In this document: one piece after another, positions 54,047 through 63,866 of the stretch
Position numbering within the stretch: the first letter of the stretch is position 1
Layout: every line of letters begins with the position of its first letter
NCBI GenBank assembly: GCA_963782115.1
Contig: CAWAIK010000001.1
Coordinates: 672,001 to 736,000, forward strand
Direction: 5' to 3'
Length of the DNA stretch: 64,000 nucleotides
DNA from: an uncultured Verrucomicrobiae bacterium
GTDB lineage: Bacteria > Verrucomicrobiota > Verrucomicrobiia > Chthoniobacterales > JAFAMB01
Notes under the pieces: generated by a model
Databases searched by the model: none
What the model was told of the DNA's origin: nothing
Seen by the model: the letters and a program-made list of their open reading frames with translations, nothing else
Translations under genes and position numbers: made by a program

Positions 54047-55249
54047 ATGGATCGCCCGAAGTTCGAAGTGGCGGATGTGTTTCGCCGCTACGGCGAAGCC
54101 TATCGTCATGAGCATGGCGCTTCGCTCTCCACGGCGCAGCGCCGCGCCATGACCGCGATCGAGGTCTGCCGGACTGCTGTTCTCGGCGGCCATCTCGAGC
54201 ACTGTGACCACTGCGGCCACCAGCGCAACGCTTATAACTCCTGTTGCGATCGACACTGCCCAAAATGCCAGTCGTTCGCCCGGTTCAAATGGCTCGTGGA
54301 CCGTCAGGCCGAACTCTTAAACACTCAATATTTTCACGTTGTGTTCACTCTACCGCAGCAGATTGCAACAATTGCCTATCAGAATAAGAGAGAGCTCTAT
54401 GGCATCCTGTTCAGGGCCACGGCGCAAACCTTGCTCACCATCGCCGCTGATCCCAAACACCTGGGCGCCGAGATCGGCTTTTTCGCCGTACTTCACACTT
54501 GGGGCCAGAACCTGCTCCATCATCCCCACCTGCATTGTGTGGTCACCGGCGGTGGTCTCTCTGCCGACGGCAGCCAATGGATTTCCTGCCGGGATGGATT
54601 TTTCTTACCCGTGGGCGTGCTTTCAAGGCTGTTTCGTCGTCTGTTCCTGGAATATTTGCTCAAAGCCTTTGATGCCGGCAAACTGGAGTTTTTCTCGTCG
54701 CTCGAATCACTCCGGGATCGGTGCTCATTCCTGGATTACCTGGCTCCCTTACGCGAGGCCGAATGGGTGGTCTACGCCAAGCGGCCTTTCGCCGGGCCCG
54801 AGCAGGTATTGGACTACGTCGGGCGTTATACTCATCGCGTGGCGATCTCTAACAATCGTCTGTTGGACATCGCGGAGGACAAGGTGACCTTCCGTTACAA
54901 GGATTATCGTCATGACGCCCAACAGAAGACGATGACTGTGGAAGCCGAAGAGTTTATCCGTCGCTTCCTTTTACATGTGCTTCCTGAGGGCTTTCAGCGC
55001 ATCCGCTACTACGGCTTCCTGGCCAACCGGTACCGAGAGCAGAAACTAGCACGCTGCCGAGAATTGTTGGACATGCCGGCGCCAGAACAACCGGCCCTCG
55101 AAGGAGCTAAGGATTATCGTGAGCGTTATGAAGAACTCATCGGCCCTTCGTTGCGGGAGTGCCCAGTCTGTCACCAAGGTCGCATGCTGGTGATTGAGAT
55201 CTTGCCGCGAAGCCCACATAGGAAAATGGCGATTACGGATACCTCATGA
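54047..55249 (+). CDS. IS91-family transposase (Zn-binding + Y2 HUH)
   Basis: CRT..LGGH..CDHC..YNSC.DRHCPKC; HVVFTLP; LHTWG..HPHLH; YVGRYTHR; HVLPEGFQRIRYYG. Confidence 0.93.
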   Translation: MDRPKFEVADVFRRYGEAYRHEHGASLSTAQRRAMTAIEVCRTAVLGGHLEHCDHCGHQRNAYNSCCDRHCPKCQSFARFKWLVDRQAELLNTQYFHVVFTLPQQIATIAYQNKRELYGILFRATAQTLLTIAADPKHLGAEIGFFAVLHTWGQNLLHHPHLHCVVTGGGLSADGSQWISCRDGFFLPVGVLSRLFRRLFLEYLLKAFDAGKLEFFSSLESLRDRCSFLDYLAPLREAEWVVYAKRPFAGPEQVLDYVGRYTHRVAISNNRLLDIAEDKVTFRYKDYRHDAQQKTMTVEAEEFIRRFLLHVLPEGFQRIRYYGFLANRYREQKLARCRELLDMPAPEQPALEGAKDYRERYEELIGPSLRECPVCHQGRMLVIEILPRSPHRKMAITDTS

Positions 55250-55708
55250 TGAACAGGACTGTTTTCGGATGCAGATCAAATTCCGGCGCACAAGCTTGGC
55301 GAGGCCAAACAACAGGAGCAGTGCTGCCACGCGCCTCATTGCGAACATTTTCCAAGGGACAGATGTTGTCCCCCGACGCCGTGATAGCCGACTGGAGGCC
55401 CCGCGAACTATCCCGGCAATCCCCTACGCTGACCGCTTCCGGCCCCTTCAGATCCTCGCCAGAGATCCAGCCGGCAATCAATACACATAGGTCACGCTCT
55501 GGGCAGCGGTTTTGTCCAATCAATTTTTAGCCCACCGCCGCGGCGACCACCCTTCGAATGCTTTCCAAGCGTCTCGCGCCGCGACGCTGAGCTAAAAATT
55601 CTCTGCATTATCTGGAGAGCGTTTTTATTTGGAGTGAAGGCCGAGGTAGCAGACTTGGCCCTCTAGGATTGGCTGCGGTGGTCTCCAGATAAAACGATGT
55701 TGTTCAAA

Positions 55709-56725
55709 TCAAAGGGACTGGAGAAACGACAACAGGCCAGCCTTTGGCTTCCAAGGCTTGGTTCGTGCGGGCTCGATCTCGGAATGCTTCCAAAAAGTAT
55801 CCAGCGCATCTCGCTTCATTTGCAGATTGGTGGCAACGTACCGTCCGGTGGTGGACACACTCGCATGGCCGAGATAGTCGCGAATGACGGTGATGTCGGT
55901 GCCTGATTGGAGAAGCGCCACAGCACAACTGTGGCGCAGCACATGAGGTGTAATCCGCTTTCGCGCAAGCGCGGGGCGATCCTGAGCCGCAGCTGCCGCA
56001 TGCTTTTGCAGAATCCAGGCAATGCCATCGCGAGTCAGCGGCTGACTGTGCCGGTTGACGAAGACGTGCTGTTGGTCGCTGGCCGCGCCCATGCCTCGCA
56101 ATCGATGTAGCGCATCCGTCGTCTCGCGCCACAAGGGCAAGAGGCGTTCCTTCTTGCCCTTGCCGAACAGGCGTACCTGTCGTGGCGGGACCAACTGGAG
56201 ATGGGTCCATCGGACGGACGTGGCCTCGCTGACGCGAGCGCCGCAGTTGTAGAGAAACAAAAGCAGCGTGTAGTCGCGCCATCCATCAGCGGTCCGTCGG
56301 TTTGGCTTGGCGAGAATGCCGCGCACGTCGTCGGCTTCGAGGTAGGTCACCGGAAGCTGCCGTGCCCTCTTGGCCGGGATCGCCAGCACTCGCGTGTACT
56401 GCAACGAGTGGGTCAGATCATGGCGGACGAGGTGCTTGAAAAAGCTGCGGAGGGCCGCACGCCTGCAATTGCGCGTGGTGGCAGAGTTCGATCGGTTGGC
56501 CTCGATATGATCAAGGAAAGCTGTAATCGCTTCGGCGTCCAAATCTGCAACGTCTAGGGATGCGACATCGCGACGACGGTGTTGCGCGGTGAACTCAAAG
56601 AGCAGCTTGAGCGAATCCCGATAGGCGCGGATCGTATGCACGCTGGCTCCGCGCTGCCGTGGGAGATACCCGGTGAAGAAAGACTCGACGAGCGCGAACA
56701 GCGCCTGAGATGGAGGCTTGTTCAT
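55709..56725 (-). CDS. Tyrosine recombinase (RitC-like)
   Basis: YNCGARVSE, GKGKKER, HVLRHSCA, YLGH...TTGRY. Confidence 0.92.
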   Translation of the reverse strand: MNKPPSQALFALVESFFTGYLPRQRGASVHTIRAYRDSLKLLFEFTAQHRRRDVASLDVADLDAEAITAFLDHIEANRSNSATTRNCRRAALRSFFKHLVRHDLTHSLQYTRVLAIPAKRARQLPVTYLEADDVRGILAKPNRRTADGWRDYTLLLFLYNCGARVSEATSVRWTHLQLVPPRQVRLFGKGKKERLLPLWRETTDALHRLRGMGAASDQQHVFVNRHSQPLTRDGIAWILQKHAAAAAQDRPALARKRITPHVLRHSCAVALLQSGTDITVIRDYLGHASVSTTGRYVATNLQMKRDALDTFWKHSEIEPARTKPWKPKAGLLSFLQSL

Positions 56726-57687
56726 GGAGTCTGACTTGCCCCGCGTAAATGCTGTGCAAACCTGGTGCTGGCAAGTTCCAGCAGATGCGGCGTCGCCTTC
56801 AGGTAGACCTCGGTGCCAATGATGTTCAAATGGCCGAGGTAGGCGGACAGCAAAGGCAACTTGGTATGAATATCGACGCCCTCGTTGGCCCAGGCTGTGA
56901 GACGATGAACGGCAAAGGCGTGGCGAAACTCGTAAGGACGCGCACCGGCACGGCCTGTGGCAGGCTTGAGGCCCAACTGACGCAACAATCGGCGGATCGC
57001 CTCGGAGGCCGATCTGACCGTGAGCCCCGAGGCATCCCGACGGAGAAAGAATGCCTCTGGATCAGGCCGGCCAAGATCGCGCACCAGCCGTTGTCTCTGG
57101 GCAACGTAGCTACGGAGTTCGGCGACGAGGTCGGAGCGAATGACGACGAGTCGCGAACGGCCTTTGCTGCACCGGATCATCAGGGTGCCGCGGTCGAGAT
57201 TGACATCAGTGGTGTGAAGCCGGGCCGCCTCTCCCAATCTTAAGCCGGTACAGTAGAGCACTAAAATCAAGGGGCGCAGCATCCCGGCCCAGATAAAGTG
57301 GCCATGGTGACGTGAAGCCAAAGCGAGTACCTGACGCACTTCGTCGCGGTTGAAGATGTAAGGCTGAAAGATCGACTCCTTGATCGGAGCCAGCGCGTGC
57401 TCCGGCACGTACCCCGACGGATCGTAGCGTCGGCGGTAAAGACAAAGCTGACGCACGACGCCAAACTCATTGGCCACAGTCACGGCCTTGCATCCAGCGC
57501 GGCGCGCGCACCATTGCCTCACCACGTCGCCGAGTTCGATCTTGCCGTTGCCCCAACGCTGAACAACAAAGCGCAAAAAGGAGTCGAGGACATGTTCGCC
57601 GCGCTGGTAGGTGATGCCCATCGAGCGCTTGAAGCGAAGGAACTCCTTTGCGTCTCGGGCCAGATCTTTGACGGTTATGGTCCTCAT
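56722..57687 (-). CDS. Tyrosine recombinase (RitB-like)
   Basis: YCTGLRLGEA, RPYEFRHAFAV, LSAYLGH...TEVY; 4-bp overlaps with both neighbours. Confidence 0.92.
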   Translation of the reverse strand: MRTITVKDLARDAKEFLRFKRSMGITYQRGEHVLDSFLRFVVQRWGNGKIELGDVVRQWCARRAGCKAVTVANEFGVVRQLCLYRRRYDPSGYVPEHALAPIKESIFQPYIFNRDEVRQVLALASRHHGHFIWAGMLRPLILVLYCTGLRLGEAARLHTTDVNLDRGTLMIRCSKGRSRLVVIRSDLVAELRSYVAQRQRLVRDLGRPDPEAFFLRRDASGLTVRSASEAIRRLLRQLGLKPATGRAGARPYEFRHAFAVHRLTAWANEGVDIHTKLPLLSAYLGHLNIIGTEVYLKATPHLLELASTRFAQHLRGASQTP

Positions 57688-58913
57688 GCTGGCACCGGTA
57701 GCGAAATGTTGCGCAGCGTCTCCGGCGCGATCCTGACATAGGCGGAGATCGACTCTGAATCACGATGGCCGAGCAAATCGGAAAGCACCTGGGGACGCAC
57801 TCCCAAATCGATCTGACGCGCGGCATGTGTGTGGCGCAGGACATGACTGCCCAGGCGAGATGCGTCCAGCCCGGCCGCCCTGCCATGCTTGATCAGGATA
57901 TGGCGAATCGACGACGAACCGTCCAAAGAATGGAAGGGCATCTTCATGGCTACGAACAGGTGCCTGGTTGGGGTGTTTTGGGGCCGGCCCTTGCGCAGGT
58001 AGGATGCGAGGGCTTTGGCCACGGGCGGCACCAAGGGTAGCATGAAGGTCACGCCGGTCTTCGGACGTATCACTCTGATCGTAGCCGCAGTCCAGTCGAT
58101 ATCTTCGAATTGCAGTCGAATAACTTCGCCCGCCCCGAAGCCATAGGTGCTCATCATCAGCAGGAGTGCGTGGTCGCGCAGTCCTCGCGACGTGGATGTA
58201 TCCACCGAGCGGAGAAGGCGTCGCACCTCTTCCCAATATAATGCACGGCGTGGGCGTTCAAACCTGGGCTGCACCGGCGAAATCACGGCCTCGGCCAGAT
58301 CGATTGGGATACGGCTTGTGGCAAACAGGAATCGACTGAAAGAACGGATGCTTCCAGCCATATCCGCCACGGTCGAGCGAGAATAGCGGCGCGCTCCCTC
58401 GATCAGGAAATCATCGACATCCAACAGCGCCATCGTGCGCCAGGTCTTGCCCCGCCCGGCGAGGTATTCGAAGAGCTTGCCGACATGGGCCAACTTTTTA
58501 CGTATCGTCACGGCAGGGTTACCGCGATGACGGTCAAGATGAGCCGCATACTCTCGCAAAAGCGCCGATGCGGGCGCCCGCGTAGGCCGCGGGACGTGCC
58601 ACGACGGCACGACTATCCCCATGACGCGGTAAACACGACTGAGGGCCCGCAATGCGGCTCCCGCCTTGCTAACGCGAAGTCGAGTGAGATGTCGGCGCCG
58701 CGCATACCAAACGAAAAACCGACGCGCGCCTTCCAGAGTCAACTCGGCACATTCTTTCAACTTGTGTCGTACCAGATAGGCGCGAAACCGCCTGATCCAC
58801 TGGAGGTAGACCTTGGCAGTGCTCTCTTGCAGGCAACGGTCGGTACGCCAGATACGGTTGATGTCCTCTGTGGTGGGCGGGACTGGGGTGGTTTGATTAA
58901 AGGGCTGTCGCAT
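57684..58913 (-). CDS. Tyrosine recombinase (RitA-like), atypical first catalytic motif
   Basis: GLRDHALL; YGFGAGEV in place of the usual GLRxxE; SHVLRH; LLGH...Y. Confidence 0.88.
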   Translation of the reverse strand: MRQPFNQTTPVPPTTEDINRIWRTDRCLQESTAKVYLQWIRRFRAYLVRHKLKECAELTLEGARRFFVWYARRRHLTRLRVSKAGAALRALSRVYRVMGIVVPSWHVPRPTRAPASALLREYAAHLDRHRGNPAVTIRKKLAHVGKLFEYLAGRGKTWRTMALLDVDDFLIEGARRYSRSTVADMAGSIRSFSRFLFATSRIPIDLAEAVISPVQPRFERPRRALYWEEVRRLLRSVDTSTSRGLRDHALLLMMSTYGFGAGEVIRLQFEDIDWTAATIRVIRPKTGVTFMLPLVPPVAKALASYLRKGRPQNTPTRHLFVAMKMPFHSLDGSSSIRHILIKHGRAAGLDASRLGSHVLRHTHAARQIDLGVRPQVLSDLLGHRDSESISAYVRIAPETLRNISLPVPA

Positions 58914-59566
58914 GGGGCTGGTAACCTGTCAGGCATCGCACTGTAGAATGGGGCTATCTGTCCGTCAGTCCCCACTCTGTGTTGGTGATCGCTAACACGG
59001 CACCCTCGCCATGACGACTTTCGCTCGAATCCCAGTGGTGCCGGTATCGCACTTAGAATCTGCGGTGACAGCGACCTGCGAAGCCCGAGTAACACGGAAC
59101 CCGCGTCGAAACTTATACCCGAAAAATCCTTTTCCGACGCGCCGATAAATGCCTCAGGCATCTTCCGCCTCACGGCGTCCAGAGAGGCTCGAACCGAGCT
59201 AATCCGACGCCGCAACCAACGGACGGCACTCGGCAACGTCACGTCTGGCCCGCGCAGTGTGTCGGCGGCAGCCTCTTGGCTTTTGGCCGAACACGCCGTG
59301 ACGATACTCTCCTCAATTGAATCAAGCAGCCCGGGCATTCGGCTGGCCACGAAGTCAGGGATCAGGCTGAAGGTTCGATGGCCTTCAGGACAATACCATC
59401 GCGCGATGCGCAATCCTGACGACGATAATCGTTCATAGCTGCCGTGACGAGCAAACGAGCAACCGCCTGATGGATGCATCGGGCAAGCAGGCAATCGGAC
59501 ATCGTTCCACTCACGGTTCCTGATGTAGGCATCGACGCTCGATAATGTTCGTAGCGGAATCTGCAT
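58757..59566 (-). CDS. Cys/His-rich hypothetical protein inside the RIT repeats
   Basis: CPMHPSGGC..ARHGSYER..IARWYCPEGHRTFSLIPD; later AVRWLRRR. Confidence 0.7.
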   Translation of the reverse strand: MQIPLRTLSSVDAYIRNREWNDVRLPACPMHPSGGCSFARHGSYERLSSSGLRIARWYCPEGHRTFSLIPDFVASRMPGLLDSIEESIVTACSAKSQEAAADTLRGPDVTLPSAVRWLRRRISSVRASLDAVRRKMPEAFIGASEKDFSGISFDAGSVLLGLRRSLSPQILSAIPAPLGFERKSSWRGCRVSDHQHRVGTDGQIAPFYSAMPDRLPAPCDSPLIKPPQSRPPQRTSTVSGVPTVACKRALPRSTSSGSGGFAPIWYDTS

Positions 59567-59695
59567 GGCGGGTCTCAACGTCATCCAGGCACCACAGCGA
59601 TTAGTCGAGTTTTATCTGGAGACCACCGCAGCCAATCCTAGAGGGCCAAGTCTGCTACCTCGGCCTTCACTCCAAATAAAAACGCTCTCCAGATA

Positions 59696-60759
59696 ATGCG
59701 CCCAACAATAGGCCAGCTGCAGCAGCTCCTTTAAAAAAGAATAGGCCTTGTAGCGATCCACCACTACCATCGGCTCATAGCGGCAGCGAGCCTCCTGCGG
59801 CTCGTAGCCAAAATAGGCTTTGGGTACGGCTGCGGAGCGTGAGGGGGCGACAATATAAAGTCGGGTCTGGCGAGTAACGACTACCCAAAGCCACCACCGA
59901 TGGCTGCCCTTGTTAGGTTCTTGGACGAAGACTTCCCACCGCGTCTCATCCATCAGGCACAAAGCGGCTTGGCGGCTCTGTGCCTGGATGGCCCCATAGA
60001 GTGGATCAAACAGCGGCGTGAGCTTTTTGAGCGCCCCGCACAGAGTCCCGACACTCAACTCCAGGCCCGCGCTACGTATTATACCATCGCCCGGATGCGC
60101 TCCAGCGGCATATGGTAAAGAAACTTGAGCACCAGCACTTCACTGAGGAAACTGGGGGCCAGAATGCCTTTGGGAATCAAGGCCGGCGTAAGGGGTGCGG
60201 AGATGATGTCCGGACGCTGCGGCTGGCAATGGCAGCCGGAGGGACGACGATACTTCGGCCGAATGGTCCGACGCCGAAACAGGCGCACTTCCCATTCGAT
60301 CTGTTCGCTGGTGTGAGGGGCCCCAAAGCTTTCCCACGCCAAGCCGCAGAACGGACAGCGCTTTTGTTGCTCACAGAGGTCCAACACCGTCTCTACCACC
60401 GGAAGATTCTTCCGGAGTTTACGGCCATGACCGGCACTCCCTGGTTGCTGACCCCGTGCTCGAGGACCGACGCCGCTTTCCCCGGTTGCGCTCGCAGGGG
60501 TCGCTCGGCGGGCTCGCTCGCTCTTACGACCAAAGAGTCGGTGCTGAAGTTCGGCCACCTTGGCTTTGAGCACGTCCACTTGGGCCGCCAGTTCTTGAGC
60601 ACGTTGGACGGCGCGTTGATGCTGGGTGCGGTAATAATGAGCCTGCTGCCGCAGAGCGATTACTTCGGCTCGCAGCAGCCGATTCTGCTCTTGGAGCACG
60701 GCTTGTTCCTGCCGCAGCGTACTTGCCTCCGTCCCGCCAGATTGCTCGGTGGCCACCAT
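59696..60759 (-). pseudogene. IS66 TnpC N-terminal and middle parts (frameshift near 60080)
   Basis: Coiled coil, LFGRKSE, GQQPG..GHGR, CPFCG, MDETRW, VDRYKAY, AYCWAH cut by the insertion. Confidence 0.9.
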
Positions 60760-61331
60760 ACTTGTGGCCCCACCATAGCGGGCTGCCTGCGCCGTGTCCC
60801 GCAGAAAATAGCCCTAGCCGCTTTTTTCCGCAGACGCGTTCACCGAATATTTACCTAATGCGCAATCTAAGTGACTTGCGTTCAAAGAGTTATTCCCGAG
60901 CCAACGAGCCAACGATGGGAACGTTAACGCGTTCTGGTAGTCGCGTTCGGTCAGTAGTGCCAGTAAATCGGCCGCTAGGCCGACGAAGGCCTCCGCATCA
61001 ACCTGGCCCACCCAAAACGGATCCGGTGGCTGACCATGCAAGCAATCGATCAGCGTCGATCTAATTGCAGCGTCACCTGCAGGGAAGCGCTTTGAGACGT
61101 GACCAGTGGTGGAGCGCCACGTCGCAATACTTACAGTAAATTTCGTCGCCATGGCTTCCGCGCACGGCGATCATCCTTAAAATAGGCAGGCGAGTTTATC
61201 AATCCATGAAGCCGAGCGGAGGTCACGCGCTATCGATGAACAAGGCAAAGGGAAAATTTGGTGCCGGACCTTTCGAGAAGACTCGGTAAAAACTTTGACA
61301 TGCCCCATGCAGAAAAGCATTTTTCACAAAT

Positions 61332-62217
61332 ATGCCAATGGCAACGATTACTTTCGACGGGAACAAAATATTCAAGTTGGTCTACGAGTTCACCTCTCGG
61401 GTCATGCGAAGCGATTATGGGGAAGGTCGGTTCAGCAACGGATGGCAAAAGACCGTGCCTGGCACTCAGATCGCCTATGTGATCGTCCCCGCCTTTACTG
61501 TGAAAAAAAAATCAACAGCCCAAGTGAAGCCAGGGCAACTCGTCATCACCGGAAAGGAGATCGTTTTCGAAGGACGCATCAGCGGAGTCCCAAGGTTAGA
61601 TCTACCGAATTGGAAGGCCGGAGTATTGCAAACGATTTATAAATCCGAAAGAATTGCGCATTACGAGGGTGGGTTTAATCGAATCGTGAGCCTAAATACA
61701 AACAACGGGCCACTGGCAGATCAGGAGGAAGGTGACGCACCTTTCGCTTGCGACCGCAAAGAGCCTATCCGCGGTACATATATAATTAGCACCCATGATG
61801 CTCCCAATTTTGACATGCCTTTATACGCTGGCCTGGGAAACGCGAAGCTGCAAAGCACGTCGGGGGAGGATTCGTTCTGTACGTTCCTCGTTCTGGTCCG
61901 GGAGCAAGACAAATCGAGACAAATCCATCATTGAACTATCCAGGATATCCTGGAAGATTAGCTGGGAAGGTAAATTCAACTGGAGAGATCACAAAGATTG
62001 GCGCGAAGAAAATCCTTGGTCGCCTCGAGATGTTAATGCGTTTTTTCAAGTCCAGCAGCCGCAGGCCACGGGAAATCTGCACGAGAAAATAAAGTTTACC
62101 CCTTATCTACCGTTTAGCCTAAAGACAACACCAGCCGCTGAATTTCGCGACATCTTTGAGGGCGGGAAATGGACGCGTACAGGAGTACAGACGCTCGATA
62201 CATGGATCAGCTGGTGA
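61332..62217 (+). pseudogene. Hypothetical gene (FAM78-like) frameshifted by a 10-nt insertion
   Basis: AGACAAATC-G-AGACAAATC at 61907-61925; removing 10 nt fuses the two ORFs into 291 aa. Confidence 0.7.
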
Positions 62218-62363
62218 AGCTTTTCCTTCCGTATTAGTGAGCCGTGTCGGTTCGTGTACTTAATAGCAATTCCCTGGTTCTTGGGATACGAAAAAATGGC
62301 AGGCATGGCGAGTGTTGTTGCTGTCCCAGAGGAGTGCCATCCCGTGATAGCTGCTGGTTGTTA

Positions 62364-62642
62364 CTAGCGCGCCGTCTCGCATATAATGGTGATGGCGTTG
62401 CGTTCAAAATGGGCCGTCGGCAAGGCGCAAGGAGGGAGCATATCTGAATCGATACGTAACCGACGAGCAACGCGGCCGCCGGCCCATTTTCAACGCAACC
62501 CTCCGGGCCGCGGCCGGTTGGCTGTTTTTCCGCGTTGCTCGCTCGACCCGTATGACTCAGATATGGGCGCTTCGCTCGCGCCTTGAAAAACAGCCAACTG
62601 ACCTCCGGCGACATCACCATTATATGCGAGACGGTGCACTAG
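62364..62642. mobile_element. 279-bp MITE with CTAG ends
   Basis: Terminal IR CTAGYGCRCCGTCTCGCATATAATGGTGATG (29/31 match); partial second copy at 26421-26504. Confidence 0.85.
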
Positions 62643-62905
62643 CCGGCGGCTATCCGGGCCGATTGCTACCGAATTGACAGGGCCGCCGTGAGCCCGCAAT
62701 ACCAGCGGCGTCGCTGAGAGGTCGTTAGCCGTCAAATCCCAGAGGCGCGCCGTCCCGTCACAGCTGCCCGTCGTCACCAACCAGCGGCTGTCCGAACTGA
62801 TCGCTACCAAGGGAACAGCGAGCCCCCGTCCCGGCAAGTCTTCCTGGAGTACCCGCGGCTTCGCGCAGGGGTCGTTGGCCGTCAGGTCCCAGAGTCGCAC
62901 CAAGT
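62643..62905 (-). pseudogene. WD40-repeat protein fragment
   Basis: VRLWDLTA...VAISSDSRWLVT.GSCDGTARLWDL...HGGPVNSVAIGPDSRRLV. Confidence 0.85.
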
Positions 62906-63545
62906 CTTGGCCTCGTCCTTGAACTGGGTAAAGAGTCGCACTTTCAGGCCTAGTGACGTCGGTCGGCGAGGCGCCCAAGCCGGCCACCTCGGTGATATCC
63001 GGGCTGGAAATCATTCGGACCGAGTTCGCTCCCGATGACTCCCTGTCGTGCTGATCGGGTTGGAGATCAAGAACACTGGCGCCCAACCGGAGAGCACCAC
63101 TCTCACGTTCCAACCCACGAGCGAAATTCTACCGGCTTACCCATGGTCGGGCACGACGCCAACCTCGGATCGGCTCGATCAGAAAGATAATGTCAGTATT
63201 GATCCGCTGATCGACGGGTTAGCCTTTTCCGAACCCGGCAACCTTGGTATGCGCTGGTCACCGGTCGGGCTAAGGAGCATGGGCCACAAGACACTATGCT
63301 CTTCCAAGGCGCATCGAACACCGGCAACCTCGGAAAGAAGGCGTTTGGCCAACTCAACTGGCAGTTGATAATTGCTCCGGGATCGACCGTCAAAATCTGG
63401 CTGGCCGTGGGGCGGTTGCTAGACATCGCCTACGGCTTGTGGTTGTCAATTATAAGTAGAAACCCTGCCTGGATGGTTTTGGTACCATTAAAGTAATTTC
63501 CAACTCCTACAATGTTGCCACGTTTCATAGCGAGCCGGTGGTATA

Positions 63546-63866
63546 TCAATCTTTCGTCGGGTCTTTTTCGGACAAATACTCTAGAGTATCGAGTTGCGCT
63601 GCAAGCGCCGTAACCACATATGCATCAAACTCCGACGCCGAACAATTTTGAGGCACCACGACGGCGAGAGGCATGTTGGATTTGGGATTGATGAACATGA
63701 AATCCCAATGTTTAGTGCCGCTACTGCTTTTTGCTAAATAAGTCAAATGGGGAAACGTTGTTCCCCACCTTGCTATAATCTCGTCCGGGGAATTTGCGTA
63801 GCCAACAATCGCCATTCCCGTCGTACACAAAACGACAATGATGATTCGCATTAAAGCTCGTCGCAT
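63546..63866 (-). CDS. Hypothetical secreted protein
   Basis: 106-aa ORF with a signal-peptide-like N-terminus. Confidence 0.5.
   Translation of the reverse strand: MRRALMRIIIVVLCTTGMAIVGYANSPDEIIARWGTTFPHLTYLAKSSSGTKHWDFMFINPKSNMPLAVVVPQNCSASEFDAYVVTALAAQLDTLEYLSEKDPTKD

Larger units (their letters stand above)
52965..55604 (+). mobile_element. Integrase + IS91-type (Y2 HUH) transposase unit
   Basis: Two-gene cassette; subterminal IR ATTGGACTAAACCGCT (52990-53005) / AGCGGTTTTGTCCAAT (55505-55520). Confidence 0.8.
55605..59699 (-). mobile_element. RIT-type element (three tyrosine recombinases plus a fourth ORF) with perfect 91-bp terminal inverted repeats
   Basis: 55605-55695 is the exact reverse complement of 59609-59699. 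Confidence 0.9.
51385..60854 (-). mobile_element. IS66-family element (tnpC + DUF4338 gene) with nested insertions
   Basis: Perfect 16-bp IR GTAAATATTCGGTGAA at 51385-51400 and 60839-60854. Confidence 0.9.

Noticed and set aside
60905..61152. Possible TniQ/Tn7-like remnant
   Set aside because: Only a vague resemblance; no zinc-finger region and no tnsB/tnsC nearby.
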